From: Atopobiaceae bacterium UBA1367
GTDB lineage: Bacteria > Actinomycetota > Coriobacteriia > Coriobacteriales > Atopobiaceae
Direction: 5' to 3'
Length of the DNA: 64,000 bases
Assembly (NCBI GenBank): GCA_002305995.1
Contig: DBRN01000011.1
Location: 93,628 to 157,627 of the forward strand
Under the pieces are notes generated by a model. It was not told the origin of the DNA and searched no databases. It was given only the letters and a program-made list of their open reading frames with translations. The position numbers and the translations under genes were made by a program. How positions within the stretch are numbered: position 1 is the first letter of the stretch; each line of letters opens with the position of its first letter. Positions 1 through 8,920 of the stretch are shown here, piece after piece.

Positions 1-64
1 CGTTGCGAAGCTCTCAGAGGTGCTGTGGTCAGTCCTGCGGGGCCGCTCAGGGCGGCGTCTCATC

Positions 65-322
65 CTAGTAGTTGTGCTCGCGAATCTCGCCAAGCTGACG
101 CTGGGCCGCGTCCTCCTCGGGGGTGACGTAGTCGATCAGGTCGCCCGGCTTGCAGTTGAGCACCTGGCACAGCGCTTCGAGCGTAGAGAAGCGCACACCA
201 CGGATCTTACCATTCTTGATGTTGGACAGGTTGACGGTCGAGGTGCCCACACGAGCCGCGAGTTCGGTCGAGGTGATCTTCCTCGCTGCCATGACGCTGT
301 CAAGTCGCATTACGATCGGCAT
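65..322 (-). CDS. small XRE/Cro-C1-type helix-turn-helix transcriptional regulator (YozG-like)
   Basis: 85-aa ORF with an HTH signature (ITSTELAARVGTSTVNLSNIKNGK ... FSTLEALCQVLNCKPGDL). An AT-rich promoter-like region lies upstream (323-430). Confidence 0.85.
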   Translation of the reverse strand: MPIVMRLDSVMAARKITSTELAARVGTSTVNLSNIKNGKIRGVRFSTLEALCQVLNCKPGDLIDYVTPEEDAAQRQLGEIREHNY

Positions 323-716
323 GTTCTACTTCCTCATCTGCCATAGTTCCAGATACACATTCTACAGGAAAGATCATGAAGCTTCTGTAAAGAAGATTCA
401 GTATCACATGAAAATGACCTCCGCTTGGTAAAGCTGCGGCGCCCATGATCAGGCGATTGGCCACATGCGCCCCATCTCCGTCCCCTCACCGCACCGATGC
501 AGGTGAGAAGCTGGTTGCCCGTGTGAGACGACGGATCGTGGCCCTCTACTCCCGTAGGTGTCAATGATTGCACAACAGGGTGCCGATGTGCAAGAAGATG
601 TATACCCGGAACGTCATACCTTGTCTGTATCGACGATGGGGCGCGAAGGCGGGTGACAGCGTGCCCCCCACGTGGGGACGGCCTGCCGGGCGTCGTGCGC
701 CGCAGGTGGGATCCAC

Positions 717-1712
717 CTACAGGTTGAGGTCGGCTCCGAAGATCGCGGTGGTGGGCTCGTTCACGTACACGTGGTGGATGGCCTCGGCCAGCTCGTCGGC
801 CACCGAGATCGTCTTGATCTTGGAGCCGGGACGGTCCGCGATGTAGCAGGGGATGGCATCGGTGACCACGCACTCCTCGATGGGGGCCTCCCGGAGGCGG
901 GTGAGGGCTGGGCCCGAGAAGATGCCGTGGGTGGCGCACACGTAGATGTCCCCCGCGCCCTGCCGCTTGAGCTCGTTGATGGAGCCGCAGAGCGTGCCGG
1001 CGGTGTCGATCATGTCATCGTTGATGATGCAGGTCTTGCCCTTGATGTCGCCGATGAGCGACATGACCTCGGCCACGTTGTGCCGGGGGCGGCCCTTGTG
1101 GGCGATGGCCAGGTTGCAGCCCAGGTAGTCGGAGAGCTTCTTGGCATGCTTGGCACGACCGGCGTCGGGGGATACCACCACGGTGTCCTCCCAGTCGAAC
1201 TGCTTGCCCTTGAAGTAGTCGCCAAAGAGGTAAAGCGCCGTGAGATGCGTCACGGGGATGTCAAAGAAGCCCTGGATCTGGCCCTGGTGCAGGTCGAGCG
1301 TGATGACGCGGTCGATGCCGGCGCACTCGAGCAGGCTGGCCACCAGGCGTGCGGTGATGGGCTCGCGCGAGGCGGCCTTGCGATCCTGGCGCGCATAGGC
1401 GTAGTGGGGGATGACGGCGGTGATGCTCGCGGCGCTCGCGCGCTTGGCGGCATCGGTGGCGATGAGCAGCTCCATCAGCAGGTCGTTGACGTTCTCGCCC
1501 GCGATCGACTGGATGATGAAGACCTCGTCGCCCCGCACCGACTCGTCGAAGCGGGCGTAGATCTCGCCGTTGGCGAACTTGCTCAGCTCGAGGCCGCTGA
1601 TCTCGAGGCCGAGGTTGGTGGCGATCTTCTTGGCGAGGGCGTGGCTGCCCGTACCGGTGTAGAGCTTGATTTCCTTCTCGACGTTGAGTGGCTTGCTCAG
1701 ATCTCTGTACAT
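717..1712 (-). CDS. prs: ribose-phosphate pyrophosphokinase
   Basis: 331-aa ORF with Prs-typical sequence (LYTGTGSHALAKKIA, FANGEIYARF, DLHQGQIQGFF, IINDDMIDTAGT). Its start abuts the glmU stop (TAGATG), the classic glmU-prs operon arrangement. Confidence 0.95.
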   Translation of the reverse strand: MYRDLSKPLNVEKEIKLYTGTGSHALAKKIATNLGLEISGLELSKFANGEIYARFDESVRGDEVFIIQSIAGENVNDLLMELLIATDAAKRASAASITAVIPHYAYARQDRKAASREPITARLVASLLECAGIDRVITLDLHQGQIQGFFDIPVTHLTALYLFGDYFKGKQFDWEDTVVVSPDAGRAKHAKKLSDYLGCNLAIAHKGRPRHNVAEVMSLIGDIKGKTCIINDDMIDTAGTLCGSINELKRQGAGDIYVCATHGIFSGPALTRLREAPIEECVVTDAIPCYIADRPGSKIKTISVADELAEAIHHVYVNEPTTAIFGADLNL

Positions 1713-3128
1713 CTACCCCTGCTCCTTCTCGCCTCGTGCCCGCTGCCCCTTGAGCCGCTCCATCCTCTTGGCCGCGTATCCCTCGACCATGACCTGTTCG
1801 CTGCGCTCCACGGCGAGCGCACCTGCGGGCACGTCGCGCGTGATGCAGCTCGAGGCCCCCACCAGGGCACCGGCGCCGATGGAGAGCGGGGCCACCATCA
1901 TGGTGTCGGATCCGACGAAGGCATTGTCCCCGATGGAGGTGCGATGCTTGAGGACGCCGTCGTAGTTGCAGGTGATGGAGCCTGCGCCGATGTTGACGCC
2001 CTCGCCCATGGTGGTGTCACCGATGTAGGAGAGGTGGGGCACCTTGGAACCCCGGCCGATGGTGGAGTTCTTGATCTCGACATGGGTGCCCACGTGCGCG
2101 CCCTCGAGCAGGTGGGCACCGGGACGCAGGTAGGCGCGCGGACCGACCGTGACCCCGGCGTCAATGGTGGCCTGGATGGCGACGGTCTCCTCGATGCGGG
2201 CGGAGTCGGCTACGACGGTGTCGGTCAGCCGGGTGTTGGGGCCGATCACGCAGTCACGGCCGACGCGGGTGTCGCCCCAGAGCATGGTCTGGGGAAGGAG
2301 CTCGCTGTCGGCTCCCACGCTGACCTGCGCACCGACCCACACCTGATCGGGGTCGAGCATGGTCACGCCGCCGTCCATGAGTCTCTCGTTGATGCGGCGC
2401 TGCATGATCTTGGTGACCTGTGCGAGCTGCACGCGGGAGTTGACGCCGAGCAGCTCGGAGTCGTCGCTGGCGAGGAGCGCGGAGACCGGCTCGCCGACCT
2501 CGCGGTAGATGCCCACCATGTCGGTGAGGTAATACTCCCCCTGGGCGTTGTCGTTGCCGATCCTGTCGATGTGCTGGCTGAGGCGGCGTCCGCAGAAGCA
2601 GTAGATGCCCGAGTTGCATTCGGTGAGGTTCGCCTGCTCCTGGGGCGTGCAGTCCTTGTGCTCGACGATGGCGAGCACATTGCCGTCGGCGTCACGCCTG
2701 ATGCGACCGTATCCCGTGGGATCGTCGGGGCACATGGTGAGCACGGTGCAGGCGTGGTGACCGGCCTTGGTGTGCTCGACGAGGTTGCCGATGGTCTCGG
2801 CGCGCATGAGCGGGGTGTCGCCGTAGAGGACCACGGTGGGGCCGTGGAAGTCGCCCAGGGCGTCGCGCACGCACATCAGGGCGTGTCCGGTGCCCAGGCG
2901 CTCGGTCTGATCGACGCACTCGACGTCGGGATCGTTGGCAAAGATGGCACGAACCTCGTGCGCCCCGTGCCCGACGACTACCACGATGCGGTCGGCGCCG
3001 GCCTCGCGGGCGGCGTTGACGGGCCACCAGACGAGTGGCTTGTCGAGTAGCTTGTGGGTGACCTTGGGGTGACGGGACTTCATGCGCGTTCCCTCGCCAG
3101 CGGCGAGGACGATCGCGGTCATTGGCAT
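1713..3128 (-). CDS. glmU: bifunctional UDP-N-acetylglucosamine pyrophosphorylase / glucosamine-1-phosphate N-acetyltransferase
   Basis: N-terminal LAAGEGTRMKS nucleotidyltransferase motif and C-terminal left-handed beta-helix hexapeptide repeats. The start was moved to an internal ATG (MPMTAIVLAAGEG) preceded by GGAGGA; the longer track ORF (to 3218) has no RBS. Confidence 0.93.
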   Translation of the reverse strand: MPMTAIVLAAGEGTRMKSRHPKVTHKLLDKPLVWWPVNAAREAGADRIVVVVGHGAHEVRAIFANDPDVECVDQTERLGTGHALMCVRDALGDFHGPTVVLYGDTPLMRAETIGNLVEHTKAGHHACTVLTMCPDDPTGYGRIRRDADGNVLAIVEHKDCTPQEQANLTECNSGIYCFCGRRLSQHIDRIGNDNAQGEYYLTDMVGIYREVGEPVSALLASDDSELLGVNSRVQLAQVTKIMQRRINERLMDGGVTMLDPDQVWVGAQVSVGADSELLPQTMLWGDTRVGRDCVIGPNTRLTDTVVADSARIEETVAIQATIDAGVTVGPRAYLRPGAHLLEGAHVGTHVEIKNSTIGRGSKVPHLSYIGDTTMGEGVNIGAGSITCNYDGVLKHRTSIGDNAFVGSDTMMVAPLSIGAGALVGASSCITRDVPAGALAVERSEQVMVEGYAAKRMERLKGQRARGEKEQG

Positions 3129-3375
3129 ACTGATCCTCCAGATGGATCGACTATCCCGTAGTGTGGTGCCTTGCTCGGCACGGCCCCTATAGTATCGCAA
3201 CCGTTGGGCGGTGATCACCTACCACTCGCGTGTGCAACGGAAGCCCATAGCTTGTGCGCGCATCTTTTGCGGCGTGCGATTCGAGGGGATGGCGGCACCC
3301 AACCGCCACGTCAGGCGGCCGGGTGGTGTACACTGAACGCGCCTTGTTGCTGGGATCCCAGCGCAGCGACTGCAC

Positions 3376-3450
3376 TGGAGCATCGTCCAGTGGTGAGGAC
3401 TGCGGTTTTTGGTGCCGCCAACCTAGGTTCGAATCCTAGTGCTCCAGCCA
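3376..3450 (+). tRNA. tRNA-Gln (anticodon UUG)
   Basis: Hand-folded cloverleaf. Acceptor TGGAGCA/TGCTCCA with the U1-A72 pair typical of tRNA-Gln; D arm GTCC-AGTGGTGA-GGAC; anticodon stem GCGGT/GCCGC with loop TT-TTG-GT; T arm CTAGG-TTCGAAT-CCTAG; discriminator G plus an encoded CCA. Confidence 0.85.
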
Positions 3451-3460
3451 ACAAGGGCAC

Positions 3461-3491
3461 AGGCCAGGCGCAGCCATGCGTCTGGCCTTTC
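3461..3491 (+). terminator. putative intrinsic terminator after tRNA-Gln
   Basis: 12-bp stem AGGCCAGGCGCA / TGCGTCTGGCCT (one G-T pair), loop GCCA, followed by TTT. Confidence 0.5.
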
Positions 3492-3574
3492 GCGTGGGGG
3501 TGTTCGGGCGGTCGCCCGCCGTGAGGCATGCGGGGGGTGGCGGGGAGGAGAGGCGCCCCCGCACTGGCCGTCTC

Positions 3575-4483
3575 CTATGCGAAGGCCGCGCAGATCGCGT
3601 CCAGCAGCATCACGGCGAAGGTCTGCGCGTCGCCCGTGGTGAAGGTGCCGTCGTAGCCGAGGCCAAAGGGCAGCTCCAGGCGTACCAGCGGCGGCGTGCG
3701 GCGCGAGCTCTCCACGGCCGTGCGGATGCGTCGGGGGAGCGTGTCGATGTCGTCGGTGGTGAGGTTGGGCGTCTTGGACCTGCCCTCGAGCGGCGTGGTG
3801 GCGAGCACGAGCACCAGCTGGTCGCCCTCGCGCGACTGCTCGGTCTCGCTCACCAGGTCGAGCCCGTTCTTGTCGGTGGTCGCCGACGCGAGGTTCCAGA
3901 TGCGCCCAGCTATGTTGCGCGAGATGGGATCCTCGGCGGTCATCGAGATCTGCATGTGCTCGAGTACCCCGGCGGCGCGGGCGAAGCCCATGCCGCCCAT
4001 GGGATGGGGGCCGGCGGCGGGCTTGCCGTCCCACACATGGTGCAGGCGTTCGATGGCGTCGAAGGTGTCGGGGAAGGCCATGCCGTCGGCCAGCTGGCCC
4101 TGGCTCTCCTGGAACTGCTTGACGGCTGCCTCGGTGTACACGCCATAGTAGCCATCCGGCTCGCCGCACGAGAAGCCCAGGATGTTCAGGCACTTCTGCA
4201 GCTGTCGCACATCGGCTCCGTGGAAGTTGGGAAGGCGCAGGTAGAGGGTGCGATCACCCATGCGATACCCCTCGTCGACCAGGATCGACCACGTGGCGGT
4301 GTCCACCTCGGCACCCAGTGGGAGCCCGTGGTCGAGCCGGAAGCGCGCGACGGCCGTCGCCGTCGACGGGCCAAAGGTCTGCGCGAGGTGCTCCGCCTCG
4401 TCCGTCTCGTAGCCAAGCGTGGCAAGCCGCGCCTGGATGTCCTCGACTGCGGCGCCGGTCGCGCCTTCCTTGATAGGCCTCAT
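3575..4483 (-). CDS. peptidoglycan-binding (PG_binding_1-like) domain protein with an uncharacterised C-terminal domain
   Basis: Two tandem peptidoglycan-binding repeats (GATGAAVEDIQARLATLGY...TATAVARFRLDHGLP and GADVRQLQKCLNILGF...YGVYTEAAVKQFQESQGL). The start was set to MRPIKEG, preceded by GAGGAG; the upstream part of the track ORF overlaps the next gene. Confidence 0.75.
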   Translation of the reverse strand: MRPIKEGATGAAVEDIQARLATLGYETDEAEHLAQTFGPSTATAVARFRLDHGLPLGAEVDTATWSILVDEGYRMGDRTLYLRLPNFHGADVRQLQKCLNILGFSCGEPDGYYGVYTEAAVKQFQESQGQLADGMAFPDTFDAIERLHHVWDGKPAAGPHPMGGMGFARAAGVLEHMQISMTAEDPISRNIAGRIWNLASATTDKNGLDLVSETEQSREGDQLVLVLATTPLEGRSKTPNLTTDDIDTLPRRIRTAVESSRRTPPLVRLELPFGLGYDGTFTTGDAQTFAVMLLDAICAAFA

Positions 4484-4511
4484 GTCCCTCTCCTCGTTCG
4501 CGTGCGCCGGG

Positions 4512-5561
4512 CTAGCCCGTGCGCTCCACAAAGAAGTCTGCCATAGAATCAAGCACGGCGGCGGCACGATCCTCGAAGTCCATGCCGGCGAGCTCTCCCT
4601 TCGCGTGACATGCGAGGCTGTGGGCATAGCCGCGCACGGCGTCGATGGCGCCACAGCCCCGCATGAGGTCGACCGCATGGGCGATCTGCCCCTGGTCGGT
4701 GGCGTGCGCCGAGAGGATGGAGACAAGCTCGTCGTGCTCGCGGCCCTCGAGATGCTCGAGGGACCACGTCACGACCATCGTGCGCTTGCCCTCGGTGATG
4801 TCGGTCCTGAAGTCCTTGCCCTGCGCCTCGGCATCGCCCACGAGGTTGAGCAGGTCGTCTTGGAGCTGGAACGCGAGCCCGGCGTCGATGCCAAAGGATC
4901 CGAGCGCCTCGACCTGCCCGTCCGAGCCGCCGCCGCAGATGGCACCGATCGAGAGTGGGGAGGACGCGGAGTAGAACGCGGTCTTGTGGCTTGCCATGCA
5001 GAGGTAGTCAGCCGTGCTCACGTCCCAGCGTCCGTCACGCACCCAGCCAAGGTCGAGCGCCTGTCCCTCCACGGTGCGCTGCTCCATCTGCGCGAGCTCG
5101 TCGAGCACGCGCAGCTTGGTGGCGTCGTCGAGGGCATCGTCGCCGAGCACCCCGGCAAAGGTGCGCACGATGCCGAGGTCGCCTATGTTGATGGCCACGC
5201 CGACCCCCTCTGTGAGGTAGGTGCAGGGTTCGCCGCGGCGGAGCTCCCCCTTGTCGGCGATGTCATCATGGATGAGGGCGGCAGACTGGAAGTCCTCGAT
5301 GGCCACGGCGCTCGAGAGCGCCCTGTCGGCATCTGCGCCCACGGCCTCGCAGCCGAGGAGCGCGAGCGTCGGTCGGGTGCGCTTGCCGCCACTTGCGGTG
5401 AAGCGGCGGAAGGGGGCGTAGGCATAGCGCTCGAGGTCGGCATAGGCCATCTCGTCGGCGAGGGGCCTTGGCGCGTGCTCGGCGAGATAGGCCTCGATCA
5501 CAGGGCGCTTCTCGGCGAGGTACGCGACGAACAGGCGCCCGTGGTCGCTGGTGGTGCTCAC
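4512..5561 (-). CDS. polyprenyl (geranylgeranyl/farnesyl-type) diphosphate synthase
   Basis: Both aspartate-rich motifs are present (LIHDDIADK and FQLQDDLLN). GTG start (VSTTSDHG) lies 2 nt after the galE stop, with a GAGGG RBS. The first half of the 703-aa track ORF is a shadow of galE. Confidence 0.85.
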   Translation of the reverse strand: MSTTSDHGRLFVAYLAEKRPVIEAYLAEHAPRPLADEMAYADLERYAYAPFRRFTASGGKRTRPTLALLGCEAVGADADRALSSAVAIEDFQSAALIHDDIADKGELRRGEPCTYLTEGVGVAINIGDLGIVRTFAGVLGDDALDDATKLRVLDELAQMEQRTVEGQALDLGWVRDGRWDVSTADYLCMASHKTAFYSASSPLSIGAICGGGSDGQVEALGSFGIDAGLAFQLQDDLLNLVGDAEAQGKDFRTDITEGKRTMVVTWSLEHLEGREHDELVSILSAHATDQGQIAHAVDLMRGCGAIDAVRGYAHSLACHAKGELAGMDFEDRAAAVLDSMADFFVERTG

Positions 5562-5563
5562 GG

Positions 5564-6619
<1,056 letters not shown>

Positions 6620-6772
6620 GCAATGCCCTCCTCGGATGGGTTCGAGCCGGAGAACGCCAGCCACGTATGCCCAGAAGTATACGTGTGCGGTATGTGGGCG
6701 ATGTGTGGCGGCCCGGGGAGCGCCCTCATGGGCTCGTGGGCCGGGGGCGGACCCGGGGACAGGCCGTCGGCG

Positions 6773-6994
6773 TCAGCCGTGAGTGTACGTGGTCGCCGCA
6801 TGGAGCATGTTGATCTCAGCCAGCTCGAGCGTGCCGTCGATGTAGGGCTGGTACATCTTCTCGATAGCCCCCACGCCCAGGCTGCAGCCGCTGCACTGGT
6901 CACAGCTCGAATCCCCGCACCAGTCGAGTCCCTGCGCGACGATGCGGATGCGCTCCTCGCGCGTGGTGTCCTTGATGAGCACGCTTCGCATCAT
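6773..6994 (-). CDS. hypothetical small Cys-rich protein
   Basis: 73-aa ORF 6 nt downstream of barstar on the same strand. It carries a CGDSSCDQCSGCS cysteine cluster. No family was recognised. Confidence 0.45.
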   Translation of the reverse strand: MMRSVLIKDTTREERIRIVAQGLDWCGDSSCDQCSGCSLGVGAIEKMYQPYIDGTLELAEINMLHAATTYTHG

Positions 6995-7000
6995 GCGGCA

Positions 7001-7327
7001 TCACGCCCCCTCGGGCCAGCGTATGGTGCCGATGGTGACCGAGAGCTGCGGGTTCTCGCGCGCGGCACGCAGCAGCACCATGCACAGGCGATCCATCTGC
7101 TCGGCGTATTCGCTGTCGGGGGCCATGGCGGCGTCGCGCATCACGTAGAGACGCGTGGGCTCGCTGATGGCGCCCAAGCAGTCGTGCAGCGCGGAGAGGT
7201 CCTTGCCGTAGTGCGCGGGAAATCCTAGCGTCATGCGGAGGTAGTCGTGCACGGTGCCTATGTCGAGCAGGTCGCGCTCGTCGACAGGGATCTCATAGAC
7301 GTCGCTCATGCGCAGGTGATTGGCCAT
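7001..7327 (-). CDS. barstar-family ribonuclease inhibitor (immunity protein)
   Basis: 108-aa ORF with barstar-like features (HDYLRMTLGFPAHYGKDLSALHDCL, then ...LYVMRD...). It lies directly downstream of an RNase-domain remnant. Confidence 0.82.
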   Translation of the reverse strand: MANHLRMSDVYEIPVDERDLLDIGTVHDYLRMTLGFPAHYGKDLSALHDCLGAISEPTRLYVMRDAAMAPDSEYAEQMDRLCMVLLRAARENPQLSVTIGTIRWPEGA

Positions 7328-7640
7328 GGTTGCTCCCGTCTCGCACAGCTGCTCAAAGGTCTGACAGTGGTCGTCGGTGTGGGAGATCAGACCGTCGTTG
7401 GGGAAGACGATGCGCTCCGCACCTCGGTGACTTCCAGTGTAGTCGATGTCACGCTTGATCCATCGACGTCCGTCCTTGTCGGGAAGAGAGTTCTCGTCGT
7501 TGTGGAGTCAGCTGCCACCGATGCCCATGTCCGGGCAGGGTGCTCAGCCTGCCACGTCTGGCATCCCTTGCCCCTGCCGAAGTCCCGATTGGCACAGATG
7601 TGCGTGGCGAGCTCTCGGCTCATATGCCCCAGACAGGCCA
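7328..7640 (-). pseudogene. decayed barnase/RNase Sa-family ribonuclease toxin domain
   Basis: The minus-strand frame contiguous with barstar reads ..LHNDENSLPDKDGRRWIKRDIDYTGSHRGAERIVFPNDGLISHTDDHCQTFEQL.. (microbial RNase motifs). There are two in-frame TGA codons (7544-7546, 7508-7510), no start codon, and no stop before the barstar ATG. Confidence 0.6.
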
Positions 7641-7648
7641 TGTGTTTT

Positions 7649-7729
7649 CCCTACCCACCTACTATCGTCAATATGCGAGGCATCTTCCCACGTTTTGCAA
7701 ACAAGATTGACGATATTAGGTGGGTAGGG
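7649..7729. repeat. 81-bp palindromic element, copy 1 (24-bp arms, 33-nt conserved loop)
   Basis: Arms are CCCTACCCACCTACTATCGTCAAT and ATTGACGATATTAGGTGGGTAGGG (1 mismatch). The loop is ATGCGAGGCATCTTCCCACGTTTTGCAAACAAG. It is near-identical to 8839-8919 in the same orientation. Confidence 0.85.
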
Positions 7730-8666
7730 AACAGAGAAGCTCGTCTACGAGGCGTTGGTTGGCCACGAGGAACGTCCTGCCAGCCGGAATCTGCGCGCCG
7801 AGCCTGCAGGCGATCTTGCGAGCGATGGCCAGACGCTGCCCCTGGTCGCGAATTTGCTCTATGGTCAGCATCTGCAGCTCGATACCCATCTGCTCCGCCG
7901 CGAGCTGTCGTGCGATGTCGGCAGCGATGCTGGTATGGGAGCTGTGGGCGAACTTGCCCTGGTATTCGAGGCCAAACTGATGGTCGCTCCAGTAGACGTC
8001 GATACGGATGCAGTCCTTTCCGACGAGGCGTTGGGCGCTTGGGCGAAGGGTCTGCTCATAGTTCAGCTGAGGTACGGGGAACCCAAACCCCCCGTGTCTC
8101 GGTGGAAGGCAATACACCAGTGCCGTGATGGCCTCCATTGGAGAGGCGGCGTTTGGCAGGATGAGGGGCAGTGCACGACGGGCTCGCTTGATGCCGCTGA
8201 CATGCTGGCAGTGATTGACGTACAGCTGCAGGTCGTCGGGCGTGGCGAGGGGAGCCCTCTCCCTCACGCCGCTGCCGCTATCCCTGTCGAGCGCGAACGT
8301 GCCGCACAGCCGCGCGCCCAAGGCTACGGTCTGTGCCAGCGACAGCTTGGCTGCGCGCTGCACGAAGGTGAGGGCGGGAGAGGCCACAAACAGCTCGGGA
8401 GAGATCTCGAGGAAGGATCCCAGCGGCAGAGGCGCCCTGCACAGATGGCATCGAACGCCGCCCCACGTGCGCGCTTCCTGTGGCGAGGAGACGAGGACGT
8501 CATAGGGAAGGGGGGTGCCCTCGAGCGGCTGGAGGTCAAGACGAGACAGCTCGATGCGGCTCGCCGCACAGTGCTCCAGCATCTGGTCGGCTGCGGGAGA
8601 CAGAGACTCGACCCACGGCTTGTCCAGCACGAGCTCGGCGGTGGCATGTCCAAGAAACAGAGGCAT
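7716..8666 (-). CDS. hypothetical protein with C-terminal DUF559/Vsr-like endonuclease-fold domain
   Basis: 316-aa ORF. The C-terminus (RIDVYWSDHQFGLEYQGKFAH...DIARQLAAEQMGIELQMLTIEQI) follows the DUF559 pattern (D..W......EY.G..H....D..R...L...G). The stop codon lies inside the right arm of palindromic element copy 1. Confidence 0.65.
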   Translation of the reverse strand: MPLFLGHATAELVLDKPWVESLSPAADQMLEHCAASRIELSRLDLQPLEGTPLPYDVLVSSPQEARTWGGVRCHLCRAPLPLGSFLEISPELFVASPALTFVQRAAKLSLAQTVALGARLCGTFALDRDSGSGVRERAPLATPDDLQLYVNHCQHVSGIKRARRALPLILPNAASPMEAITALVYCLPPRHGGFGFPVPQLNYEQTLRPSAQRLVGKDCIRIDVYWSDHQFGLEYQGKFAHSSHTSIAADIARQLAAEQMGIELQMLTIEQIRDQGQRLAIARKIACRLGAQIPAGRTFLVANQRLVDELLCSLPT

Positions 8667-8838
8667 GCGCCCATTGTCCCGATGCCAAGTTGCACGAAGC
8701 TACGCTCGAGGTCGCAGAGTGCAGGAAATTTTCAACAAAGCGCAGGACACGGCGTATGGCGCAATGGGATGGGCGGCGCTAGCCCAGGGTGCCTTCACAT
8801 GAAGAACAGAAAATGCCGTGCGCGCGGCCGCGTACTGA

Positions 8839-8919
8839 CCCGACCTACCTACTATCGTCAATGTGCGAGGCGTCTTCCCACGTTTTGCAAACGAGATTGA
8901 CGATAGTAGGTGGGTCGGG
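8839..8919. repeat. 81-bp palindromic element, copy 2
   Basis: Arms are CCCGACCTACCTACTATCGTCAAT and ATTGACGATAGTAGGTGGGTCGGG. The loop is GTGCGAGGCGTCTTCCCACGTTTTGCAAACGAG (30/33 identical to copy 1). It begins 1 nt beyond the metH stop. Confidence 0.85.
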
Positions 8920-8920
8920 T

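Noticed and set aside
1-63. Partial minus-strand ORF starting at ATG 61-63 (MRRRPERPRRTDHSTSESFAT...) just downstream of the XRE gene
   Set aside because: Only 21 codons are visible, with low-complexity basic composition. There is not enough sequence to support a gene call, although a co-transcribed partner of the XRE regulator is plausible.
672-3050. Very long antisense or out-of-frame ORFs, for example 672-3050 (+), 8789-11440 (+), 11388-13097 (+), 27383-28984 (-), 34989-36872 (-), 49335-51392 (+), 51418-53655 (+), 54895-57003 (+) and 62288-63673 (-)
   Set aside because: These are typical high-GC shadow ORFs opposite or overlapping genes with clear family motifs. Their translations are Gly/Ala/Arg/Val/Asp-rich low-complexity strings without recognisable motifs or ribosome-binding sites.
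7508-7546. The two in-frame TGA codons in the RNase remnant considered as selenocysteine or recoding sites
   Set aside because: TGA is used as an ordinary stop by neighbouring genes, for example trpE, trpC and the GntR gene. I saw no SECIS-like hairpin. The remnant also lacks a start codon and an N-terminal half, so decay is the simpler explanation.
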